From Okamejei kenojei (taxonomy: Eukaryota), in contig CM069154.1 of the NCBI GenBank assembly GCA_035221665.1, positions 2,480,001 to 2,544,000 of the forward strand: a DNA stretch of 64,000 nucleotides, written 5' to 3'. The notes beneath the pieces were generated by a model. That model was not told the origin of the DNA. It did no database searches and was given only the letters and a program-made list of their open reading frames with translations. Shown in pieces: positions 13,200-22,270 of the stretch. Position numbers and translations under genes: made by a program. Every line of letters starts with the position of its first letter. Within the stretch, counting starts at the first letter, position 1.

Positions 13200-14264
13200 C
13201 TTTACATATCAATAACTTGTGAAATATAACAACAAATCTGAAGGAAACATTACATTGACAACGGGAAAATGCTGAATAAGGATCTGCAGAATCCCGGAGC
13301 CAATCATTCCCATCACCCGTTCCCCAAACATAACCCATTCGACCAACGCAATATTCCACCACTCACCCATAGCCCCCAACTGCGCAAGCGTGGCTCATTG
13401 CCCCTCATCCCCATCACTTCCTCCCCCTCCTCTCACCCTCCCTCTTCTCTCCCCTCACCTCCTCCCCTCCTCCACTCCTCCTTCACCGCTCCCTCCTGCT
13501 CCTTTCCCCTGCCCTCAGCCACTCCCTACCCTCAGTCAGTCCCTCCCACCCTCCATAACCCCTCTCCCCTCCCTACCCTCCTGACCCATTGGGCCTTGTT
13601 TCCCAAACTCTACCGCTGTGCCACCGTGACCACCTGTTTATTAAATGTTATCCATGAGTATGGTGTTTCCAAGCCTATTCTGCTGCTGCAGGTAACCATT
13701 TAATTGTTCCATTGTCGGTACATACAACAATTAAACACTCTTGACTCTAGACTCTTGACACCTGAGACCATGTGATTCACCTAACTTCACCGACAAACAT
13801 CCTCTCTTGCTCGGTTCTGTTGAAGGATATTCATTCTGAATCGTTGCCTCTGTTGCTCCACCACAGATGCTGCCTGACCCACTGTATGTCTCCCACATTC
13901 CCCTTTATTTTTGTTCCTGTTCTCAACATCTGCAGACTCCTGATTTTCCACATGTTGTTCTGTCCCCGTGTGGTCATGACCACAAATGGACACAGCTCAT
14001 AGAACCCGGCGATGTTGCCCGTAGTGAGCAGGAGTTGCACAAAGTTCACACCCAACTCAATGCTGGCGTACAAGGAATCACTCACACCAGCTGTCTTCAG
14101 GGCAGGCAGAAGTACATTTACTGGTGCAAACGGGGTCAGTTCTCCTCACTGCATGCGATCCGAAGGGCCTGTTTCCCTGCTTTACCTCTGAACTAAACTA
14201 AACTAAACTAAACTAGACTTTGCTACTGACCCTGGGACGGGCCCTGCTGAATCAGTGGGAGGTT

Positions 14265-14811
14265 TCACTGGATTGTCAGCCGGGCCAATTCTTCACATTC
14301 CTTATCACAAAAAGTGGTCCAGACACAGGAATATGTCCCCTCATCTTTCTCTTTTACGCCTGTCAGGAGCAATGAGCCGTCAAATTCAGGAAATGGATTT
14401 TCATGCACGAACTCGCAGTGGACATCAGATCCGTGATATCGGTGAAGTATTCCAGTATGACTCATGGCAATTTCAAGACCATCTTTTCTCCATGTAGCTA
14501 CACGGAGATATCCGTAATCTTTGGATACTTTACAGGGCAGCGTAATAGAACCACCCAGAGATGCAACGAGCACCTTCATGTTAATCGATGATGGTGCTCG
14601 TTGATAGGTGATGACGGTATGCATCAGAATCTGTCTCGTTCGTGCAACTTGGAAGCTGTTTATCGTTGACTTGCAGAGGCGCCCGTGCGTTCCACCCGGG
14701 CAAGTTTGCCTCCTCTCCCCATTCTCCGGAGATCGGACCTGTTCCAGTTCCGGAGACTTGCCACACCATCTCCTCAAGGACCATGAACCCTATCCATCTC
14801 TGCAGTCCCAT
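14265..14811 (-). pseudogene. Secreted single-IgV prepro-protein, copy A (divergent, frameshifted)
   Basis: Leader MGLQRWIGFMVLEEMVWQVSG...RAPLQVN stops at 14581. The V domain (GGSITLPC..W..DGSLLLTGVKEKDEGTYSC..RLTIQ*) continues in another frame to 14265. Same acceptor (CCCACAG|GAACATG) and post-stop motif as the other copies. Confidence 0.75.
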
Positions 14812-15340
14812 GTTCCTGTGGGTGAAACAATGGGTCACCTTATTGCAACTCAGTAGGATTCATGATGACATTCTCTGAACCCGTCCAGAGTTGGGGAATC
14901 GAGAACCAGAGGACATCGGTTTAAGGAGAGGGGGGGGAAAGATTTAATGGGAAACTGAGGGGTGACTTTTTTACACAAAGGGTGGAGGTTGTTTGGAACG
15001 AGCTGCCGGAAGAGGTAGTTGAGGCAGGTACTATCACAATGATTAAGAAACAGTTAGACAGGTACATTGATAGGGCAGGATTAGAGGGGTAAGGGCCAAA
15101 TGCTGGCAGGAGGGGCAAGTTGGTGGGCGCGGGAAAGTTGGGCCGAAGGTCTCGCTATATGACTCTATGACTCCATCACTTGTCCCACCCCGGTCATTCC
15201 TGCCTTCTCCCTGGTCCTGTCTAGCAGAAGGTACAGAAGCTTGAAAGCGCGCACCACCAGACTCAGGAACAGCTTCTTCCCCTCTGCTATCAGGCTTCTG
15301 AACTGGGGGAACAGTGAACAGAGACAATCCAACCCCCATC

Positions 15341-15690
15341 ACTCACAGGCACTTGAAGGATCCACAGGGGTGGTTACCAGCTCCAGAGTCTCCACACAGG
15401 GTGACGAGGCCGGTCTTGTTCACATCTCCTGCCATCGCTCGCTCCTTTTATACCTACTCCCGGCTTCCCCTGACCCTCATTGCCTGCGCTCACATACTTT
15501 CAACCAATCACTGCCTCCCACGGAGCATTGGCCGGAGTCAGCCGCGACCTCTCCACCCTCTGCCAAACGTGTCGTTGCATCAGCCGTTAACGTTTAACAA
15601 GAACAACGCCACCCCAGCTGCCAGCGGCCAACCAGGCGCCCCACACATCCTGCTTGTGTCTCCACCACGTCTCGCTTCGGCCACCGATCA
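15341..15690 (-). promoter_or_regulatory. IgV copy A promoter plus non-coding exon 1
   Basis: TATAAAA at 15452-15446, ERSE CCAAT-N9-CCACG at 15504-15522, second CCAAT, donor GTGAGT at 15346-15341. Confidence 0.7.
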
Positions 15691-16594
15691 CAGTTGAGGC
15701 AGAAACTATCCCAAGGTTTAAGAAACAGTTAGACAGGAGCATGGATAGGTCAGATTTGGAGGGATATGGACCAAACGTGGACAGGTGGGACTAGTGTAAC
15801 TGGGGCATGTTGGCCAGTGTGGGCAAGTTGGGCCGAAGGGCCTGTTTCCACGCTGTATCACTCTGACTCTACTACACTATGACATTAAATAAATAATGAT
15901 TATAAAATGAAACTTCACATAAATCTCATCCTCTCCTCTCTATACACAACACACTCATTGACTGCAGCAGATACAATGAATGTCACACTGGTGGTACCAG
16001 GGCACCTCTGGAACATGTTCTACTCAAGATGTGATAGAGAAGACGATGAAACACAGAACATGGAATAGTACAGCACAGGAACAGGCCCTTCGGCCCACAA
16101 TATCCGTGCTGAACATGATGCCAATTTAAGCTAATCTCCTCTGCCTGCATGTGATCTGTAATCTCTATCCCCTGCATATCCATGAGAAATTTTAGATAAA
16201 GCCTCTTAACTATTGTATCTGCCACCACCACCCACAGCAGCGGGTTCCAGGCACCCACCGCCCTCTGTGCCCCGCAGGTGAGGCCACATTTAGATCCCAA
16301 TTTTTAAGAAACAGTGAGTCAGGTACATGGATAGGACAGGTTTGGAAGGATATGGACCAAACTGGATGTTCTCAAGAGAGAGTTAGATTTAGCTCTTAGT
16401 GCTAACGCAATCAAGGGATATGGGGAGAAAGCAGGAATGGGGTACTGATTCAGGATGATCAGCCATGATCATCATTGAATGGCGGTGCTGGCTCGAAGGG
16501 CCGAATGGCCTACTTCTGCACCAATTTTCATTGTTTCTATGTTTCTACAATGAGGGTCAAAACTGGACTCTAATCAGTGCAAGAGGCCAATGTA

Positions 16595-16855
16595 AGGGAG
16601 GCTCAGTGATGCAGCGGTAGAGCTGCTGCCTTACAGCGCTAGAGACCCGTGTTCAATCCTGACTGTGGGTACTGTCTGTACGGTGGCTGTACGTATTCCC
16701 TATGACTGTGTGGGTTTCCTCCGGGTGCTACAGTTTCCTGACAGATTTCAAAGATGTGCTGGTTTGTAGGTTAATTGGCTTCAGTAAATTGTCTCTTGTG
16801 TGTAGGTTAGAACTTGTGTTTGGGCGATCACTCTAAACAAATCTAAACTAAACTC
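16595..16855 (+). mobile_element. tRNA-derived SINE
   Basis: GCAGCGGTAGAGCTGCTGCCTTACAGCGC...GTTCAATCCTGACT head and CTAAA tail. Confidence 0.7.
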
Positions 16856-17374
16856 AAGTCAACTCAAGTCAACTCGACTCAACTGAGCTAAAGGCAACTC
16901 CATGACATTTAATTTTGCTGCTCAGACCTGTTAAAATATTCTGGATTGGAACAAGTAAGGTCAGTTCAGTTTGACTTGGGATGCAAATAATAATGGTTCC
17001 GACTGTTAATGTTGAGGAGGGATTTCAATGCGCTGATCAAGGGATAAACACCCTCTTTACATCTTGTTCCACTAAAGCAATCAAAATCTAGAGACCACAA
17101 CATGGCTCCTCCACAGTTGTTGGTCATCAGCCATTGGCCTGCGGAAAAGGATGGAAAACCATAACTGGAAAGTGTCTTTTGTTGAGGAGCCTTTTAGGCA
17201 ATAAAACACATGGATATAATATGTAAAAAGCAAAATAATTCAATGAATGAGAGAGCACAATACTAGTGTGTAAAGCCAATATCCTTAGTACAACCAAAGA
17301 CAGTTCATGGACGTTCATCGTTGACCTCAGTGTCGTGCCGTGTTCAAGCTGGTTGTTGGGAAGGAAGAATTGAT

Positions 17375-17868
17375 CCAATCACTGCCTCCCACGGGGCATT
17401 GGCCGGAGCCAGCTGTGACCAATCCCACCGCACCGCCGGCTCAGGTGAGTATAAAGTGTGAAACCAGCGCAGGTGCCAGGGTGGTGGTGGTGACGTGGCG
17501 TGGCTGGGACATCCAGTCCGAATGTTGGCCAGAGCGAGACGTGGTGGAGACACAAGCAGGATGTGTGGGGCACTTGGTTGGCCGCTGGCAGCTGGGATGG
17601 CGTTGTTCTTGTTAAACGTTAACAGCTGATGCAACGACACGTTTGGCAGAGGGTGGAGAGGTTGCGGCTGACTCCGGCCAATACTCCGTGGGAGCCAGTG
17701 ATTGGTTGAAAGTACGGGAGCGCAGGCAATGAAGGTCAGGAGAAGCCGGGAGTAGGTTTAAAAGGAGCGAGCGATGGCAGGAGATGGAAATAAGACCAGC
17801 CTCATCACCCTGTGTGGAGACTCCGGAGCTGGTAACCACCCCTGTGGATCCTTCAAGTGTCTGTGAGT
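17375..17868 (+). promoter_or_regulatory. IgV copy B promoter plus non-coding exon 1
   Basis: ERSE at 17375-17393 and (reverse) 17687-17705, TGACGTGG at 17491, CCAAT at 17678, TTTAAAA at 17757, donor at 17863. Confidence 0.7.
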
Positions 17869-17894
17869 GATGGGGTTGGGATTGTCTCTATTCA

Positions 17895-18250
17895 CTGTTC
17901 CCCCAGTTCAGAAGCCTGACAGCAGAGGGGAATAAGCTGTTCCTGAGTCTGGTGGTGCGCGCTTTCAAGCTTCTGTACCTTCTGCTAGACAGGACCAGGT
18001 AGAAGGAGGAATGACCGGGGTGGGACAAGTCTTTGATTTTTTTGGTTGTAGATGGAGTCACTGGTGGGGTGAGTGGTCTGTGTGATGGACTGGGCTCCAT
18101 CCACAACTCTGCAATTTCATGTGGTCTTGGGCTCAGAGCTGTTCCCAACCAAGCTGTGGTGCAACCCGACAGTCTGCTCTCCGTGGTGCATCTGTAGAAG
18201 TTTCTAAGAGACATTGGAGACTTGCCATATTTCCTCGGTCTCCAAGGAAG
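17895..18250 (-). mobile_element. Rex1/Babar-type LINE 3' fragment in IgV intron (related copies at 15180-15305, 20865-20990, 31290-31620, 41030-41385, 42765-43120, 55925-56250)
   Basis: Peptide RNFYRCTTESRLSGC...RRYRSLKARTTRLRNSLFPSAVRLLN. Confidence 0.7.
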
Positions 18251-18429
18251 TTGATGCCACTTCAATGTTGTTGGTCAACGACAGGTCAAAGCAACTTAAA
18301 ATAAAGCAGGCGGGAGCTGAAGAAGCTGCACAGCGACATTGCCCAGTGTGGTGGCAGCAGCTTCAGAGAATGTTATCATGAATCCTACTGAGTTGCAATA
18401 ATGTGACCCATTGTTTCACCCACAGGAAC

Positions 18430-18945
18430 ATGGGACTGCAGAGATGGATAGGATTCATGGTCCTTGTGGAGATGGTGTGGCAAGTCTCCGGAACTGGAAC
18501 AGGTCCGATCTCCAGAGAATGGGGAGAGGAAGTAAACTTGCCCGGGTGGAACGCACGGGCTCCTCGACAAGTCAACACACAAGAAACTCCAGAATGCGGT
18601 GTTAAGCCATATTTGAACAAGATGAAATGGACAGAGATGACGGCACGCAAGGGTGGTTCTGCTACGCTACCCTGTAAAGTACCCACAGGGAAGGGTGGAC
18701 CCAAGCATTTTGTGGTCACCTGGAGTAAAGGGAAGGGGACACTGGGCGTGTTTACTGAAGGGAAAGGTCCAATCTATCCAGGAGGTTCCGGCCGCTGGAC
18801 GTTCACGAAACCAAATGTGGTTGAGACACGGGATGCCTCGTTGACTATCACGGGTTTACGCGAGACTGATATTGGGATATATTCCTGCGCTTGGTTCACT
18901 AGCCAAGGGGAATGCAGACTAAATATCAAGCTGACTGTGAAGTGA
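18430..18945 (+). CDS. Putative secreted single Ig V-set domain prepro-protein, copy B (171 aa)
   Basis: Acceptor AG at 18424-25, ATG at 18430. Hydrophobic N-terminus, RAPR|Q, V-set motifs GGSATLPC, VTW, DASLTI and D-x-G-x-Y-x-C; no TM segment. AATAAA at 19370. Non-coding exon 1 ends at donor GTGAGT 17863. Confidence 0.85.
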   Translation: MGLQRWIGFMVLVEMVWQVSGTGTGPISREWGEEVNLPGWNARAPRQVNTQETPECGVKPYLNKMKWTEMTARKGGSATLPCKVPTGKGGPKHFVVTWSKGKGTLGVFTEGKGPIYPGGSGRWTFTKPNVVETRDASLTITGLRETDIGIYSCAWFTSQGECRLNIKLTVK

Positions 18946-19589
18946 AACCTCCCACTGATTCAGCACAGACCCCTCCAAGTGTCAGGAGCAACAGGCAGTG
19001 GCAGGTCAGCACAAACACAATAACATCCCTCATTATAAACTTGACACACTTAGGCCAACAACAGCATTTTATATTGTAGTCACTGAATTCATCATGAGGG
19101 GAATAGAGGGGTGAACACTAAGCATCTTTTACCTGGGGTACGGGAATCAAGGGACATAAGTTTAAGGTGAGAGGGGCAAGATTTAATAGCAACCTGAGGG
19201 GCAAAATCTTTACTCAGGGGGCGGTGGGTTTATGGAACTGTCCGGTTGGGCGGGAACTGTAACAATATTTAATACACAATTGGTACAGGGAAAGGTTTAG
19301 GGGGATATGGGGCAAAAGTAGTGCAATGGAACAGACCCTGCTTGCACCGGTAAATGTACCATTAATGGAAATAAACTCTCTTGAAGACAACCGGTGTGAG
19401 TGATTCTTTGTACGCCAGCATTGAGTTGGGTGTGAACTTTGTGCAACTCCTGCTCACTACGGGCAGCATCGCTGGGTTCTATGAGCTGTGTCCATCATTG
19501 GTCATACCACATGGGGACGGAACAACATGTGGAAAATCAGGAGTCTGCAGATGTTGAGAACAGGAACAAAAATAAAGGGGAATGATGTC

Positions 19590-20140
19590 AGGAACAAAAG
19601 TAAAGGCAGATGACACAAAAGTAGGTGGTTTTGCAGATAGTGGAGATGATTGTGAAAAACTGCAGCAGAATCTTGAACTATTGGCCAGGTGGGCTGAGGA
19701 ATGGTTGATGGAATACAGAGAAATGTGAGGTGTTGTATTTTGGGGAGTCTAACATGTGCAGGACCTACACAGTGAATGGCCCGGCTCTGGGGAATGTTGT
19801 AGAGCAGAGGAATCTATGAGTGAAGGTGCATGGTTCCTTGAAGATGCAGTCACAGGTAAATAGGGTGGTCAAAAAGGCTTTTAGCACATTGGCCTTCATC
19901 AGTCAGAGTATTGAGTATGGAGGTTGGGAGGTCATCTTGCAGCTGTACAAGACATTGTTGAGGCCACATTTAGATCCCAATGTTTAATAAACAGTTGGAC
20001 AGGTACATGGATAGGACAGGTTTGGAGGGATATGGACCAAACACAGGCAGGTGAGACTATTGTAGCTGGGACATGTTGGCCACTGGGACATGTTGCAACT
20101 TGGGCCGAACGGCCTGTTTCCACGCTGTATCACTCTAGGA
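19590..20140 (+). mobile_element. Degraded CR1 fragments (duplicate at ~44455-45005)
   Basis: GCAGATGACACAAAAGTAGGTGG (ADDTKVGG) and downstream CR1 RT-like sequence. Confidence 0.7.
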
Positions 20141-20522
20141 CTCTATTACACTATGACATTAAATAAATAATGATTATAAAATGAAATTTCACATAAATCT
20201 CATCTTCTCCTCTGGCTGTATACACAACACACTCATTGACTGAAGCAGATACAATGAATGTCACACTGGTGGTAACCAGGGCACCTCTGGAAAATGTTCT
20301 TCTCAAGATGTGATTGAGAAGATGATGCAACATAGAACATGGAACAGTACAGCACATGAACAAGCCCTTCGGCCCACAATGTCCGTGCTGAACATGATCA
20401 CCATGGAAAATTGGTTCTGACTGTCTACCCTATCTGGATCTCATACTTTTATAACTTGTGCAAGAGGCCAATGCAAGGGAGGCACAGTGGCGCAGAGGTA
20501 GTGTTGCTGCCTTCCAGCGCTA

Positions 20523-20830
20523 TGTGTGGGGCGCCTGGTTGGCCGCTGGCAGCTGGGATGGCGTTGTTCTTGTTAAACGTTAACGGCTGATGCAACGACA
20601 CACGTTGGCAGAGGGTGGAGAGGTCGCGGCTGACTCCGGCCAATGCTCCGTGGGAGGCAGTGATTGGTTGAAAGTACGTGAGCGCAGGCAATGAGGGTCA
20701 GGAGAAGCCGGGTGTAGGTGTAAAAGGAGCGAGCGATGGCAGAAGATGAGAACAAGACCGGCCTCGTCACCCTGTGTGGAGACTCTGGAGCTGGTAACCA
20801 CCCCTGTGGATCCTTCAAGTGCCTGTGAGT
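20523..20830 (+). promoter_or_regulatory. IgV copy C promoter plus non-coding exon 1
   Basis: Reverse ERSE at 20649-20667, TGTAAAA at 20719, donor GTGAGT at 20825. Confidence 0.68.
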
Positions 20831-21374
20831 GATGGGGGTGGGATTGCCTCTGTTCACTGTTCCCCCAGTTCAGAAGCCTGATAGCAGAGGGGAAGAAGCT
20901 GTTCCTGAGTCTGGTGGTGCGCGCTTTCAAGCTTCTGTACCTTCTGCTGGATAGGACCAGGGAGAAGGAGGAATGACCGGGGTGGGACAAGTGATGGAGT
21001 CATAGAGTCATATAGCGAGACCTTCGGCCCAACTTGCCCGCGTCCACCAACTTGTCCCCTTCAAACCTACACCCACCTGCCTGCTTTTGGCCCTTACCCC
21101 TCTAATCCTGTCCTATCAATGTACCTGTCTAACTGTTTCTTAATCATTGTGATAGTACCTGCCTCAACTAACTCTTCCAGCAGCTCGTTCCAAACACCCT
21201 CCACCCTTTGTGTAAAAAAGTCACCCCTCAGTTTCCCATTAAATCTTTCCCCCCCCTCTCCTTAAACCGATGTCCTCTGGTTCTCGATTCCCCAACTCTG
21301 GACGAGTTCAGAGAAGGTCATCATGAATCCTACTGAGTTGCAATAAGGTGACCCATTGTTTCACCCACAGGAAC

Positions 21375-21890
21375 ATGGGACTGCAGAGATGGATAGGATT
21401 CGTGGTCCTTGTGGAGATGGTGTGGCAAGTCTCCGGAACTGGAACAGGTCCGATCTCCAGAGAATGGGGAGAGGAGGCAAACTTGCCCGGGTGGAACGCA
21501 CGGGCTCCTCGGCAAGTCAATGAAGATCCAACTCCACAATGCGGTGTTAACCTAGCTCCGGACAAGATGAGGTGGACGGAGGTGACGGCCAGTAAGGGGG
21601 GTTCTGCTCAGCTAGCCTGCAAAATGCCCAAAGAAGACGATGGAGCCGATACATTTGTGGTACTGTGGACGAAAGGAAAAGATACGATCGCCGTGTTTAC
21701 TGACAGGAACGGTGCTCAATATCCAGGGTCACCCGGACGCTGGAAGTTCATGAAAACAAACGTGGTTGAGACACGGGACGCCTCGTTGGTCCTGGCGGGG
21801 CTGGAAGAGGAAGATGCTGGGAAATATTCCTGCGCTTGGCTGGTTAATAACGTGCCGTGTAAACTAAACACCAAGCTGACAGTGCAGTGA
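21375..21890 (+). CDS. Putative secreted single Ig V-set domain prepro-protein, copy C (171 aa)
   Basis: Acceptor at 21369-70, ATG at 21375. Leader 47/49 identical to B. V domain GGSAQLAC..VLW..DASLVL..DAGKYSC. AATAAA at 21957; exon 1 donor at 20825. Confidence 0.85.
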   Translation: MGLQRWIGFVVLVEMVWQVSGTGTGPISREWGEEANLPGWNARAPRQVNEDPTPQCGVNLAPDKMRWTEVTASKGGSAQLACKMPKEDDGADTFVVLWTKGKDTIAVFTDRNGAQYPGSPGRWKFMKTNVVETRDASLVLAGLEEEDAGKYSCAWLVNNVPCKLNTKLTVQ

Positions 21891-22235
21891 AACCTCCCAC
21901 TGATTCAACACAGGCCCTTCCAAGGGACAGGAGCACGATGATTTCAGTGACTACAAAATAAAATGCTGCTCCTAAAATTGGTGTTGACCTAAGTGTGTCA
22001 TATTTATAATGACAGACATTATGGTGGTGTTGTGGTGACCTGCCCATGACCTGCCTATTGCTACTGTCCCTTCACCATGCAATTACCCAATCACAGCATC
22101 ATCTCCTTCCTAAAAGAACGTCCTTTAATTCTGAGGTGTGACCTCTAGTCCTAGACTTTCCCACCAGTGGAAACATCCCCTCCACATCCACTCTATCCAA
22201 GACTTTCACTATTCTGTATGTTTCAGTGAGGTTCG

Positions 22236-22270
<35 letters not shown>

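Noticed and set aside
18403-18429. ORF-track start MTHCFTHRN for the IgV proteins
   Set aside because: It is a non-ATG start inside the intron's acceptor region; the conserved ATG is 4 nt after the AG.
2343-18430. Spliced chitinase/CBM14-IgV fusion protein
   Set aside because: The donor lies after the chitinase stop codon, and in the duplicated units the two genes are on opposite strands.
18900-19020. IgV genes as rearranging Ig/TCR/IgNAR V segments
   Set aside because: No CACAGTG heptamer with nonamer after the V region; the domain is complete through strand G, ends in a stop, and no D/J/C segments are seen.
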